DNA of 64,000 bases from Methyloligellaceae bacterium (GTDB lineage: Bacteria; Pseudomonadota; Alphaproteobacteria; Rhizobiales; CBDHHC01). The first letter of the stretch is position 1. Each line of letters opens with the position of its first letter. The notes under the pieces were generated by a model that ran no database searches, was not told the DNA's origin, and worked only from the letters and a program-made list of their open reading frames with translations. The translations under genes and the position numbers were made by a program. The stretch spans positions 1,412-65,411 of the forward strand of contig JBOEGA010000026.1 in NCBI GenBank assembly GCA_050633205.1, given 5' to 3'. Below are positions 18,700 through 28,589 of this stretch, one piece after another.

Positions 18700-19515
18700 A
18701 TGACTGAAGAACAACTGGTCGTGAGAGATCAACAGGATTCTATTGCAATATTAACGATGCAATACAGACCATATAATCTGCTGGGCCCCAAACTTATGAG
18801 TGCGTTTCGTAAAGAAATATCCAATGCCCTGGAGGCAAACAGCCGATGTATTGTTATTAAAAGTGGACTGAGGCATTTTTCGGCAGGAGCAGATCTGGAT
18901 ATTTTCCAGGAGAGAGCGTCAAGTACGGATGCTGTTGATCCGGGAGCAAGAAAAACTGATGAAAATGCTGAACGTTCTGCAGTCGTAGAATTTTTAAGAA
19001 TGTTTGAACTCGCACCTGTACCAATTGTAGCGAGTGTTCATGGTGTATGCCTTGGTGGTGGTCTGGAGCTGGCGTTAGCCTGTGATTATATTATAGCAAC
19101 TTCCTCTGCAAAAATTGGTTCAGTCGAAGCAACATTGGGGCTTCACCCACTAATGGGGGGGATACAACGGCAGGTTCAGCGAATTGGAGCAGCAAGAGCA
19201 AAGGAAATGTCGATGCTGGCTCGTCGTTATGATGCTAAAACTCTGGCGAACTGGGGACTGATAAATCTGGTTGTTCCGGACGATCATCTGGAAAGTGCAA
19301 CCATGACTATTGCTCAGGAATTTGCTAACGGTCCAACGCTTGCTCATGCAGCTACAAAACAACTTGCATATATTGCCGCAAATGAAGGCGTGCTTGCGGC
19401 TGATGACGCCATGGCAGAATGTCAGAAACCGATCTGGTCTTCAGAAGATCTGAAAATCGGTCTTGAATCATTTATGAAAAATGGCCCCGGTTTAGCAAAG
19501 TTTAAAGGACAATAA
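18700..19515 (+). CDS. enoyl-CoA hydratase/isomerase (crotonase) family protein
   Basis: The product has FSAGADLD and VHGVCLGGGLELALACDY, the oxyanion-hole motifs of the crotonase fold. Confidence 0.85.
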   Translation: MTEEQLVVRDQQDSIAILTMQYRPYNLLGPKLMSAFRKEISNALEANSRCIVIKSGLRHFSAGADLDIFQERASSTDAVDPGARKTDENAERSAVVEFLRMFELAPVPIVASVHGVCLGGGLELALACDYIIATSSAKIGSVEATLGLHPLMGGIQRQVQRIGAARAKEMSMLARRYDAKTLANWGLINLVVPDDHLESATMTIAQEFANGPTLAHAATKQLAYIAANEGVLAADDAMAECQKPIWSSEDLKIGLESFMKNGPGLAKFKGQ

Positions 19516-19519
19516 GTAA

Positions 19520-20764
19520 ATGAGTGGACCTCTTTCAGGAATACGAGTTGTAGATTTCAGTCGTGTATTGGCAGGACCATTATGCGGAAAAACGTTGCAG
19601 GATCTTGGGGCGGAAGTCATTAAAATCGAACCTCCCAGACCCGATGTAACCCGACTTGCTGCGCCATCTAATGGAAAAATGTCTGGATATTATGCACAAC
19701 AGAATGCTGGCAAGAAAAATATCAGCATTAATCTGAATGTGCCGGGAGCTAAAGAAATAGCCCTGCGTCTTTGCGATACTGCTGATATCGTAATCGAGAA
19801 CTTCAGAGCGGGTGCTCTTGAATCTTTCGGGTTGGGTTATGAGGATTTGAAAAAACGCAATCCGAATATAATCTATGCTTCAATAACGGGGTATGGTCAG
19901 AAAGGGCCATGGGCAGCGCGCATGGCTTATGCTCCGACTGTGCAGGCAGAGGCAGGATTTACCGCGAACAGTATCAATCATTATGATGAGAACCTTAAAT
20001 ACTGGCAGACTGACAGTCTTTCCCATGCTGATGTGTATACGGGGCTTCAGGCGACAATAGCTATTCTGGCTGCGCTTCATCAGCGAAAAACTGATGGTAA
20101 GGGGCAATTTATTGATATAGCCATGGCGGCGACTCTGATGTCTATAAATGAAAGGGCTCATGTTGACCTGACAGGGCTGGAGCTTGGTGATGAACCTGCT
20201 GTTCTTGGCGCTACAGACAGTCCGTTCTTTGAAGGACCTGAAGGTGAAAGGTTTGTGGTGGCGACCAGCCTGATCGGTTCCCTGACATTCAGATCATATC
20301 TAATGGCTATGAGAAGAGGTGATCTTGTTAATGATCCGAGATTTTCTACAGCGGCAGCGCGAAAAGAGAATCTTCAGGAACTTCGGAAGATTGTACAAAC
20401 CTGGATCCATACTTTCCCGGATATGGATACGCTTGACGCTCAATTTGATGAAGCAAAAATTGCAATGGGTGAAATCAGGGATATTGATACACTTGCCGAG
20501 ACTGAATGGGCTGAATACTGGGGAGCGATCCAGGAAGTTTCAGACCGTAATGGTGGAACATACCGCCTGCCAGGACGACCGTGGCATTTCTCGGATACAA
20601 AGCTTCACGCTTTAGGTGATCCTGCATTACAAGGTGAGCATAACGAGGATATTTGTCAGGAAATCGGATTTTCAGAACAGGAAATTGAAGAGTTTAAAAA
20701 CTCAGGTGCCATTGTAAAAGAAGCTCCCATTCCGCCGGAGCTTTTGGGAGGAACTGGTAAGTAA
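19520..20764 (+). CDS. family III CoA-transferase (CaiB/BaiF type)
   Basis: LSGIRVVDFSRVLAGPLCGKTLQDLGAEVIKIEPP and ENFRAGALESFGLGYEDL are canonical N-terminal motifs of this family. Confidence 0.85.
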   Translation: MSGPLSGIRVVDFSRVLAGPLCGKTLQDLGAEVIKIEPPRPDVTRLAAPSNGKMSGYYAQQNAGKKNISINLNVPGAKEIALRLCDTADIVIENFRAGALESFGLGYEDLKKRNPNIIYASITGYGQKGPWAARMAYAPTVQAEAGFTANSINHYDENLKYWQTDSLSHADVYTGLQATIAILAALHQRKTDGKGQFIDIAMAATLMSINERAHVDLTGLELGDEPAVLGATDSPFFEGPEGERFVVATSLIGSLTFRSYLMAMRRGDLVNDPRFSTAAARKENLQELRKIVQTWIHTFPDMDTLDAQFDEAKIAMGEIRDIDTLAETEWAEYWGAIQEVSDRNGGTYRLPGRPWHFSDTKLHALGDPALQGEHNEDICQEIGFSEQEIEEFKNSGAIVKEAPIPPELLGGTGK

Positions 20765-21993
20765 TGATAAAAAGCTGGGTTGAGGGAACTGAGGGAAGTG
20801 GTTTTGATTTAAACCACCTTCCTTTTGGAATTGCACGGGATCTGAATGGTTATAGTAATAGTCTGGCTGTTGCTATAGGGCCTTTTGCACTGAACCTCGT
20901 GAAAGTACACGAGCTGGGTTATCTGACCTATATACCGCTGGAGTATCTTCTGTCCGCGAACCTGAATGCGTTTCTGGAGCTCGGAAAAGATATTCACGAC
21001 AGATTGCGTGCGGATTTAAAGAAATGGCTTTCTCAACCCGGCCTGAAAAAAGCATTGGAAATTGCTCTAGTTGACAGAGAGAGTATTCAGATGGCTTGCC
21101 CTTTGGCTCCTCCTGACTTTGTTGATTTCTATTCCAGTTTGCATCATGCAGAACGTTCCTCAAAGTTGTCTGGAAAATCGGTTCATCGAAACTGGTTTTC
21201 CATGCCGGTGGGGTACCACAGCAGAGCAGGGTCAATTAAGGGAAATAATGCTTTTATTGAAAGACCTTTTGGTCAGGTATTAGTGGAAGATCGGCCTGTT
21301 TACAAAGCAACCGGGTCTCTGGACTTTGAGCTGGAGTTGGGTTTTGTGGTCAGAGCTGCACACCCGGCAGGCAATATTTCAGCTTCCGGTTTTATCGACA
21401 GTGTTTTTGGTGTTTCGTTACTCAATGACTGGAGTGCGCGTGATTTGCAAAAATGGGAAAGTTTTCCACTTGGTCCTTTTCATGCAAAGTCTTTTGCGAC
21501 TCAAACTGCCTCATGGGTAACTCCTATAGAAGCTTTATTGCCTTATGCTCTCAGAAACAAATCACAGAGTGAGGCTTTGGATTATCTGAGGCACGATATG
21601 GCTCTAACCTTTGATCTCCACCTTGAGGTCTGCTTGCAGACACCCGAAATGAAGCTTGAAAATATTTCCCCGTTTGTTATTTCCAGGTCTAACTATAAAC
21701 ATACATATTGGGATGGTGCTCAGCAGCTTGCGCATATAACTGCAAATGGTGCTCCTGCAAGAGTTGGCGACCTTTTTGGTTCGGGTACTATTTCCGGGCC
21801 CAAAGTAGAAAATTCAGGTTGTCTTCTTGAATTGACATCTGCGGGGCAGAATCCTGTCATTCTTCCCAATGGACAACAGAGAAGATGGCTGGAAAATGGA
21901 GATACAATTTTATTTAAGGGGACTTTGGAAAAAGAAGGTGCAGAACCAATAAGTCTGGGAGAGCTTTCGGGTACAGTAACGGCCGGAAACTGA
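20764..21993 (+). CDS. fumarylacetoacetase-like C-C hydrolase (FAH family, long form)
   Basis: The N-terminus reads SWVEG..GSGFDLNHLPFGIA (FAH N-terminal domain). It also has DFELELGFVV, NDWSARDLQKWE and GDLFGSGTISG. Its start overlaps the upstream stop (TAATG). Confidence 0.75.
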   Translation: MIKSWVEGTEGSGFDLNHLPFGIARDLNGYSNSLAVAIGPFALNLVKVHELGYLTYIPLEYLLSANLNAFLELGKDIHDRLRADLKKWLSQPGLKKALEIALVDRESIQMACPLAPPDFVDFYSSLHHAERSSKLSGKSVHRNWFSMPVGYHSRAGSIKGNNAFIERPFGQVLVEDRPVYKATGSLDFELELGFVVRAAHPAGNISASGFIDSVFGVSLLNDWSARDLQKWESFPLGPFHAKSFATQTASWVTPIEALLPYALRNKSQSEALDYLRHDMALTFDLHLEVCLQTPEMKLENISPFVISRSNYKHTYWDGAQQLAHITANGAPARVGDLFGSGTISGPKVENSGCLLELTSAGQNPVILPNGQQRRWLENGDTILFKGTLEKEGAEPISLGELSGTVTAGN

Positions 21994-21998
21994 TATTA

Positions 21999-22583
21999 TC
22001 AGGCTATGCCAAATCTGTTCAGTAACCCCAATCTGGTATCATTGATTATTTTATCAGATTGATCCGGGTTCTGAACGGCCTGTGCCATTTTCACGGCTCC
22101 CACCATTTCAGACATTAATGAAGTTGCAGTTGCTTCATCGTATGATTCATCAATATTTCTGACAAAGCTGAAGAGAAAATCGATAAGAAGTCCCAGACCT
22201 TCTCCGAAACGCCTTCTTGATACTTCCGAGAGGTGGGGAAGATTACCCGTCAATATTGGAATGAAACATCCTTCAATCTGTCCATCACGGTGTTTTGCTG
22301 ATAAGTAGAAATTAATATAGTCCTTCAGACCCTGTTCAGGGTCTTTTCCCTCAAAATATTTCTTTAACTGACTTATCGTATCCGAGCACATTTGATTAAC
22401 AGCTTCAGCAATCAATTCATCCTTGTTGGCAAAATGAGCGTAAAACCCACCATGAGTCAGGCCTGCCTCATTCATAACCTCTGCTACGCCCAGTTTTTTC
22501 AAACCATTCTTTCGAATTAACTGAATCGCAGAGCTGATGATGCGTTCTCTGGTTCTTTCCTTATGTTTTGTTTTGCGTGCCAT
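21999..22583 (-). CDS. TetR/AcrR family transcriptional regulator
   Basis: The N-terminal HTH reads RERIISSAIQLIRKNGLKKLGVAEVMNEAGLTHGGFYAHFANKDELI. Confidence 0.85.
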   Translation of the reverse strand: MARKTKHKERTRERIISSAIQLIRKNGLKKLGVAEVMNEAGLTHGGFYAHFANKDELIAEAVNQMCSDTISQLKKYFEGKDPEQGLKDYINFYLSAKHRDGQIEGCFIPILTGNLPHLSEVSRRRFGEGLGLLIDFLFSFVRNIDESYDEATATSLMSEMVGAVKMAQAVQNPDQSDKIINDTRLGLLNRFGIA

Positions 22584-22789
22584 CTCAATTAGTATACCTA
22601 CATATTTATGATAGGCATAATATAAAAAAAGTACCTTTTTTCAAGAGGATTTTTTAGGGGGGACTTGTTCCTGGCTGCTTCTACACAATCTCCGCTATTT
22701 AATAGGTCAATGCAAGCAGGAAGAATGGAGCAACGACGACAAGGGTTATAGTTTGTAAAGCCTATTGTTTTGTTGTGAGACAGCAGTTA

Positions 22790-23776
22790 TTAAAAACGGT
22801 TTTCTTCTTCTGCATGGCAGGCGATTTTTCTGCCTGATGGAATTTCTCTTAATTGTGGAACTTCAGTTCTGCATCGGCTGTTGGCTAAAGGGCATCGGTT
22901 ATGGAATACGCAACCGGGCAGAGAGCCGGAGGCCGTTTTTTCTCCGTATTGAATATTGGCTTCTTTAGTGCCATTCAGTCTGGGGATTGCTGATAGTAGA
23001 AGTTGAGTATAAGGATGAAGAGGAGTTGAGAACAGATCGTCTGCAGCGGCTATCTCGCAAATTGTGCCCATATACATTACAATAATCCGGTCGCCGATAT
23101 GCCTCACGACTGAAAGGTCATGGGAGATAAAAAGGTAGGTAAGCTGCTTTTCATCCCTTGCCTTCATCAGAACATTCAGGACCTGCGCCTGAACAGAAAC
23201 ATCAAGAGCCGAGACAGGTTCATCTGCAACAATAAATTCAGGCTCTACCATCAGGGCCCGGGCAATTGAAATTCGCTGGCGCTGTCCTCCGGAAAACTCA
23301 TGAGGGTATCTTTCACCCCATGATGGATCATTCCCGACTGATAACATGACCTCTGCTACGAAATTTTTTACATCCTGTTTTTTCATTTCAGGCTTGTGAA
23401 AATAAACCGGCTCTTCGAGGGTCTGCTGTATTGTCATTCGCGGGTTAAGAGATGCATAGGGGTTCTGAAAGATCATCTGCATCCGGGAGCGAAGCTGGCG
23501 CAGGTCTTTTCGTCCATGCTGATCAAGCCTTCTTCCATCATAGGATATTGTGCCCGATGATGGCTTTAACAAGCCGATAATCATGCGCCCCAGAGTGGTT
23601 TTACCACAGCCGGATTCACCAACCACGCAAAGGGTTTCGCCTTTTATTATTGAACAGGAGATATTGTCAACAGCGCGTACCTGAAAGTTTTTTTGCGAAA
23701 ACAGTGAACTGTTTGTCGAAAAATATTTTGAAACCTTATCAATTTCTATAAGGGATTTCTGTTCAGAACTATTCAT
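22790..23776 (-). CDS. oligopeptide/dipeptide ABC transporter ATP-binding protein (DppF/OppF-like)
   Basis: It has Walker A GESGCGKTT, signature FSGGQRQR and Walker B IVADEP. The C-terminus has the Cys-rich oligopeptide-type extension (CVFHNRCPLANSRC). Confidence 0.85.
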   Translation of the reverse strand: MNSSEQKSLIEIDKVSKYFSTNSSLFSQKNFQVRAVDNISCSIIKGETLCVVGESGCGKTTLGRMIIGLLKPSSGTISYDGRRLDQHGRKDLRQLRSRMQMIFQNPYASLNPRMTIQQTLEEPVYFHKPEMKKQDVKNFVAEVMLSVGNDPSWGERYPHEFSGGQRQRISIARALMVEPEFIVADEPVSALDVSVQAQVLNVLMKARDEKQLTYLFISHDLSVVRHIGDRIIVMYMGTICEIAAADDLFSTPLHPYTQLLLSAIPRLNGTKEANIQYGEKTASGSLPGCVFHNRCPLANSRCRTEVPQLREIPSGRKIACHAEEENRF

Positions 23777-24758
23777 TTTCAGTTACACTTTTATTGTGAA
23801 TAGTATCTGCATAAAAACAGCGTATATTCCGGTTATTAACTTTGCGCATTGCAGGCGTTTCACTGACACAGAGGTTATCACCAAAGCTGCACCTCGGGGC
23901 AAATGCACATCCTGTTTCCGATACGTTAAGGGGAGACGGCATTGTGCCGGGAATCTGATATAGCATCTCGCCTCTCCTGTTGCGTTCCGGCAGGGAAGCA
24001 ATCAGTCCCCTGGTGTATGGATGACCCGGCTGGCGGCAAATTAAATCTGTATCCCCTTCCTCGACGGTTTTTCCGGCATACATAACAATCATGCGCTCGG
24101 TGACCTGACTAACGACGGCTATGTCATGAGAAATCAGTATCAATCCCATCCTGTGATTTTTGCAGACATCAAGCAGTAACCTCAATATTTCCGCCTGTAT
24201 GGTTACATCAAGGGCTGTTGTTGGCTCATCAGCAATGATCAGTGCCGGTTCAGTCAGGAGTGCTATGGCAATGACAACGCGCTGTAACATGCCTCCCGAT
24301 AATTCATGCGGGTAGGATTTAAAGCGTTCTTCTGGAGACGGAATGGAAACCTCTGAAAGTTTTTCAATGGAAAGCCTCATGGCCTCGTCATATGAAATTT
24401 CTCTATGTGCTCTTAGGGTTTCAACCATCTGCTGGCCGATCGTGAATACAGGGTTGAGGGTCATCATGGGATCCTGAAATACCATTGAAATCCGTCCACC
24501 TCTGATCGCGCGCATGGTATTGGCGTCTAATTGTACTAAATCCTGATTTTCAAAAATAATGCTGCCCCGGCTTATTCGGCCGGGTTTGCTGACGAGATTT
24601 AAAATAGAGAATGCAACCATGGATTTTCCGGCGCCGCTCTCTCCTACAATGCCGAGACGTTCTCCTGCTTTCAAATTAAACGTAATGCCTCTGAGAGCAA
24701 GTGTATTGCCTTGCCGGGCAGGGAACTCAACTTCCAGATTGTTAATCTGTAAAAGCAT
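23769..24758 (-). CDS. oligopeptide/dipeptide ABC transporter ATP-binding protein (DppD/OppD-like)
   Basis: It has Walker A GESGAGKS, signature LSGGMLQRV and Walker B IIADEPTTALD. The C-terminal motif is CAFAPRC. Confidence 0.85.
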   Translation of the reverse strand: MLLQINNLEVEFPARQGNTLALRGITFNLKAGERLGIVGESGAGKSMVAFSILNLVSKPGRISRGSIIFENQDLVQLDANTMRAIRGGRISMVFQDPMMTLNPVFTIGQQMVETLRAHREISYDEAMRLSIEKLSEVSIPSPEERFKSYPHELSGGMLQRVVIAIALLTEPALIIADEPTTALDVTIQAEILRLLLDVCKNHRMGLILISHDIAVVSQVTERMIVMYAGKTVEEGDTDLICRQPGHPYTRGLIASLPERNRRGEMLYQIPGTMPSPLNVSETGCAFAPRCSFGDNLCVSETPAMRKVNNRNIRCFYADTIHNKSVTENE

Positions 24759-24769
24759 ATTAAAGCGAC

Positions 24770-25687
24770 CTACTTCCTGTACAGCCTGGGATTAAGAACG
24801 TCACGCAGCCAGTCTCCGATAAGGTTCATAGACAATATCAGAATTATAAGAACGATACTGGGAATTATGGTAATCCACCATGAGCCGGAAAAGATATATT
24901 CAAAGCCGGCACGGATAAGCGAACCAAGTGAAGGTTGTGATACGGGCATACCCAGTCCCAGAAAGCTGAGAGATGCTTCAGCAATAATTGCCTCTGCCAC
25001 CTGTACAGTTGATATGACCAGTACGGGAGAAAGCGTATTTGGGAGAATATGACGGATCATAATCCGTATGTTGGACAGTCCTATTACGCGGGCAGCATCG
25101 ACATATTCCTTATTGCGCTCAGCAAGTACTGATGCGCGGACTGTTCTGGCGTATTGAGGCCATTCTGCAAAACCTATCACAAGGATAATCATAATCATGG
25201 CGTAGCTCTGATAAAGCTCTGCACCAAAGGCAGTCTGAAATACTGCCAGAGCGATAATCGCAATCATAAGGGTAGACAGGGAGAGCTGAATATCAGCTAG
25301 TCTCATAAGTGCAGAATCTGTTCGTCCTCCCACATAGCCTGCAATCAACCCAATGGAGACACCGATAAATGCCTGGATGAGTACGGCAAAGATTCCGATC
25401 GTCAGAGACAGGCCGGTGCCATACAGAATAGTGGACAGCATATCCCGTCCCTGATGATCTGTGCCAAGGATGAAGCGGCTGTCTCCCTCTTTCTGCCAGA
25501 CTGGCGGAATTTCGGCATCCAGAATATCAAGCTGTGCCAGATCATAAGGATTTTGTGGTGCTATAAACGGGGCAAGGACAGAAGCAAGAATGAAGAATAA
25601 CAGAATAACAGAACTGATTATAGCAACGCGGTCACGTGAAAAACGATAAACAATATTCGATTGCAGAATCTGATTTATAAATGTCAT
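24770..25687 (-). CDS. ABC transporter permease (DppC/OppC-like)
   Basis: It is a multi-pass membrane protein with the binding-protein-dependent permease EAA-type loop (YVDAARVIGLSNIRIMIRHILPN). Confidence 0.8.
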   Translation of the reverse strand: MTFINQILQSNIVYRFSRDRVAIISSVILLFFILASVLAPFIAPQNPYDLAQLDILDAEIPPVWQKEGDSRFILGTDHQGRDMLSTILYGTGLSLTIGIFAVLIQAFIGVSIGLIAGYVGGRTDSALMRLADIQLSLSTLMIAIIALAVFQTAFGAELYQSYAMIMIILVIGFAEWPQYARTVRASVLAERNKEYVDAARVIGLSNIRIMIRHILPNTLSPVLVISTVQVAEAIIAEASLSFLGLGMPVSQPSLGSLIRAGFEYIFSGSWWITIIPSIVLIILILSMNLIGDWLRDVLNPRLYRK

Positions 25688-26694
25688 TTCCTTTCTCCCG
25701 CAATACTGATTGTGGGATTAATAAATGAATAAATCAAATCTACAATTGTATTGGTGGTTACAAAAATAAAACCGACTACGATAATATAGGCAATAATTAA
25801 TGGCGTATCTGCACGGTTCACGGCTTCCAGAAACAGAAATCCCATACCGGGCCATTGAAAAACAGTTTCCGTCAGGATCGTATAGGCGATGAGGGTTCCT
25901 ATTTTTACTCCTCCGAGGCTGACAGTGGGGATTAAGGTATTCTTTAGGGCATGAACATACCAGATGCGTTGAGGCTTTAATCCTTTAGCCCATGCAAACC
26001 TGATATATTCCGAGTTCAGAACTTCAAGCATTTCTCCTCTGATAAGCCTGATAAATAGCGGTAACATAATCGAGGATAATGCGACTGATGGCATTATAAT
26101 ATGCGCCCAGCCATCAAAAGTAAGAAAGCCCGTATCCCATCCCCATGGAAGAGTTACAGTCTCCCCTCTGCCAAAGGAAGGCATTATCCCAAGTTGTACT
26201 GAAAATATGTAAATGAGGAAAATTGCAGTTAGAAAAACAGGAATAGAAATACCAACAATAGAAAGGCCCATAATGGTTCTGGATATCCATGAATCCGGTG
26301 ATATTGCGCATCTGACGCCGACAGGTACAGACACAAAAATAATAATAACACTTGCCAGGAGAACCAGTTCAAAGGTTGCTGCGAATTTGGCGAAAATCAC
26401 TTCCAGAGTGGGCTTTTTGAAGAAGTATGAGGTTCCAAGATCGCCGGTAACTGCTTTCTGCATAAAACGCCAGTATTGAACGAATATATGATCATTCAAC
26501 CCCATACGTTCACGAACAATATTGCGTTCAGCTTCCGAGACGGACTGTCCTACCAGTTCTCTTAACGGATCACCGAGGTTATTTTGAATGGCAAAGCCGA
26601 TCATACTTATTACGATCATAACAAGCATTGCCTGCCCGATACGTGACACCAGAAATAACAGCAGTTCAGAGGTTTTCATTCGGAGCCAGCCCAA
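25684..26694 (-). CDS. ABC transporter permease (DppB/OppB-like)
   Basis: It is a multi-pass membrane protein with the motif YIRFAWAKGLKPQRIWYVHALKN. It overlaps the downstream permease by 4 nt. The true start may be Met-6 (26679). Confidence 0.8.
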   Translation of the reverse strand: MGWLRMKTSELLLFLVSRIGQAMLVMIVISMIGFAIQNNLGDPLRELVGQSVSEAERNIVRERMGLNDHIFVQYWRFMQKAVTGDLGTSYFFKKPTLEVIFAKFAATFELVLLASVIIIFVSVPVGVRCAISPDSWISRTIMGLSIVGISIPVFLTAIFLIYIFSVQLGIMPSFGRGETVTLPWGWDTGFLTFDGWAHIIMPSVALSSIMLPLFIRLIRGEMLEVLNSEYIRFAWAKGLKPQRIWYVHALKNTLIPTVSLGGVKIGTLIAYTILTETVFQWPGMGFLFLEAVNRADTPLIIAYIIVVGFIFVTTNTIVDLIYSFINPTISIAGERK

Positions 26695-26709
26695 CCCGGT
26701 TATAAATGA

Positions 26710-26737
26710 ATAAGGCCGTGTACCGCCACGGCCTTAT
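26710..26737 (-). promoter_or_regulatory. intercistronic 11-bp perfect hairpin between the SBP gene and the permease genes
   Basis: The sequence is ataaggccgtg-taccgc-cacggccttat. There is no strong U-tract on the transcribed strand. This is the classic position for a partial terminator or mRNA stabiliser after an ABC binding-protein gene. Confidence 0.5.
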
Positions 26738-26751
26738 ATCAAAATCTGTAA

Positions 26752-28305
26752 TTATTCGAGAACAAGATCTCCGAGATAAGGAAAATTCAGAACGTTGACA
26801 ACCTTGTCAATCCCGACACCTTTACGGGCAGCCCAGGCAAGATCCTGCCAGTGCAAAGGAACAAAGGCAGCGTCGTCATATAGTATTTTCTCGATATTCT
26901 GAAGTACCCTGGCTCGTTCTTTGGAGTCTGTCATGCCAAGTGTTTTTTCTGTTAAAGTGTCAACTTCAGGGTTAGAGTAATTACCACTGTTATACTGCCC
27001 CTTGCCGGTCTTCTTATTGACTGTCATTGCCAGAAATTCGTAGAAATTTGCCGAGTCTTCAGTATCGGCATGCCAGCCGATCATCATGATATCCGCAGCT
27101 CTTTCGTCAAATTTCGGCCAGTATTGCGCTTTCGGCATGGTTGTCAGTTCAACCTTTATATTGATCCTTGCTAACATGGCTGCTACCGCTTCTGCGATTT
27201 TGGCATCATTAACATAACGGTTGTTAGGAGCCATCATGGTTACGGTAAAGCCTTTTTCAAACCCGGCTTCCTTCATAAGCTTTTTGGCTTTGGCAAGATC
27301 ATAACGCGGCTTCAGGCTTTCATTATAACCAAGATATCCTTTCGGGCTCATCTGGGCTGCCGTTGTGCCAAAGTTTTTCATGATCTTTTTGACAATACCA
27401 TCATTATTGATGGCATGAACAATTGCCTGTCTGACTTTTTGATTTTTAAAAGCTTCCACACGTTCCTGGTTGAGCTGGAAAGTAATGACACGTGTGCCGC
27501 TCATTGTAACCAGGTTTGTATTCTTATTTTTTTTGATGCGCTCAAGGTCGGTTGGTGGAACCGGTGCAATGAAATCAATATCGCCAGAGAGGAGGGCAGC
27601 TATTCGGGTTGGAGCTTCTTTAATGGGAGTAAAGACTATTTCAGTCACATTACCCGGAGAATTTTTATCCCAATAATCTTTAAAACGTTCAAAAACGGTT
27701 TTGACACCCTGTTCCCTGCTTTTAACGATAAAAGGACCTGTGCAGGATATATTTTTAGAAGCAAATGAGCCTTTGTGTTTTACGATAGCAGCTTTTTCAT
27801 TTCCGTTTTCATCTTTACCTTCATAATATTGGGAATCCAGCGGAAAGATGTAGGTTGCATTGTGCAGAACCAGCGGGAACGGGCCATCAGTAATTATATC
27901 TATGGTGTAATCGTCAACAATTTTGATTTCCTTGAATTTATCAAATATTGCCTTGAAATCAGGACTTGTCTTTATTCGCTTAAATGTCCACTGAACATCT
28001 GAAGCTTTCATTTCTCTGCCAGAGTGAAATTTTACACCTTTTCGCAGAAAGAAACGCATGGTTGCATCATTGATACGCTCCCATTTTTCAGCAAGCCTGG
28101 GTTCAAAAGCGAGCTTTTGTGTCCATCTTACAAGGGGATCGCATGTTGTGTGGGATAATTGTAAAACGCCTCCTGATAATTGCTCTTGAATATCAAGAGT
28201 CACCGGATCGGAATCATATGCCATTTTCAAAGTCTTGGAATATAAAGATCCGGGGAATATCAGGAGAGAGAGAACTATTAGTAAAAATCTTTTGGTCAGG
28301 TTCAC
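26752..28305 (-). CDS. ABC transporter substrate-binding protein, family 5 (DppA/OppA-like)
   Basis: It is 517 aa with a signal peptide, and its sequence is typical of family-5 SBPs (LKMAYDSDPVTLD..., GPF...FERFKDYW). It is the first gene of the transporter operon. Confidence 0.85.
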   Translation of the reverse strand: MNLTKRFLLIVLSLLIFPGSLYSKTLKMAYDSDPVTLDIQEQLSGGVLQLSHTTCDPLVRWTQKLAFEPRLAEKWERINDATMRFFLRKGVKFHSGREMKASDVQWTFKRIKTSPDFKAIFDKFKEIKIVDDYTIDIITDGPFPLVLHNATYIFPLDSQYYEGKDENGNEKAAIVKHKGSFASKNISCTGPFIVKSREQGVKTVFERFKDYWDKNSPGNVTEIVFTPIKEAPTRIAALLSGDIDFIAPVPPTDLERIKKNKNTNLVTMSGTRVITFQLNQERVEAFKNQKVRQAIVHAINNDGIVKKIMKNFGTTAAQMSPKGYLGYNESLKPRYDLAKAKKLMKEAGFEKGFTVTMMAPNNRYVNDAKIAEAVAAMLARINIKVELTTMPKAQYWPKFDERAADIMMIGWHADTEDSANFYEFLAMTVNKKTGKGQYNSGNYSNPEVDTLTEKTLGMTDSKERARVLQNIEKILYDDAAFVPLHWQDLAWAARKGVGIDKVVNVLNFPYLGDLVLE

Positions 28306-28528
28306 TGCAATTCTCCATTAATTGGAACATTTTTCAGTAGCATGTAAATTTAGAAGTAACTTAATGTCTATTCTATGGAAAAACTTTTAATATTTGAAAA
28401 TTGTAAATATGGATTGCTGAGTGGTATTTATTATTTCAGCGAAACTGTTTTTGAAATTTTAATTTAGTGTGAGGAACCGGAATTTCCTGAAGCAGAATTT
28501 TGTGATTATAGTCATGAGCAATAACAGC

Positions 28529-28562
28529 ACAAAAAACAGCCCGCTATAGAACGGGCTGTTTT
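28529..28562 (-). terminator. Rho-independent terminator after ialB copy 2
   Basis: The sequence is aacagcccg-ctatagaa-cgggctgtt. An A6 run precedes it on the plus strand, giving a U-run on the minus-strand transcript. It lies 28 nt past the stop at 28590. Confidence 0.7.
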
Positions 28563-28589
28563 GGTAATTTTTCAGTATTTCATGTGTTA

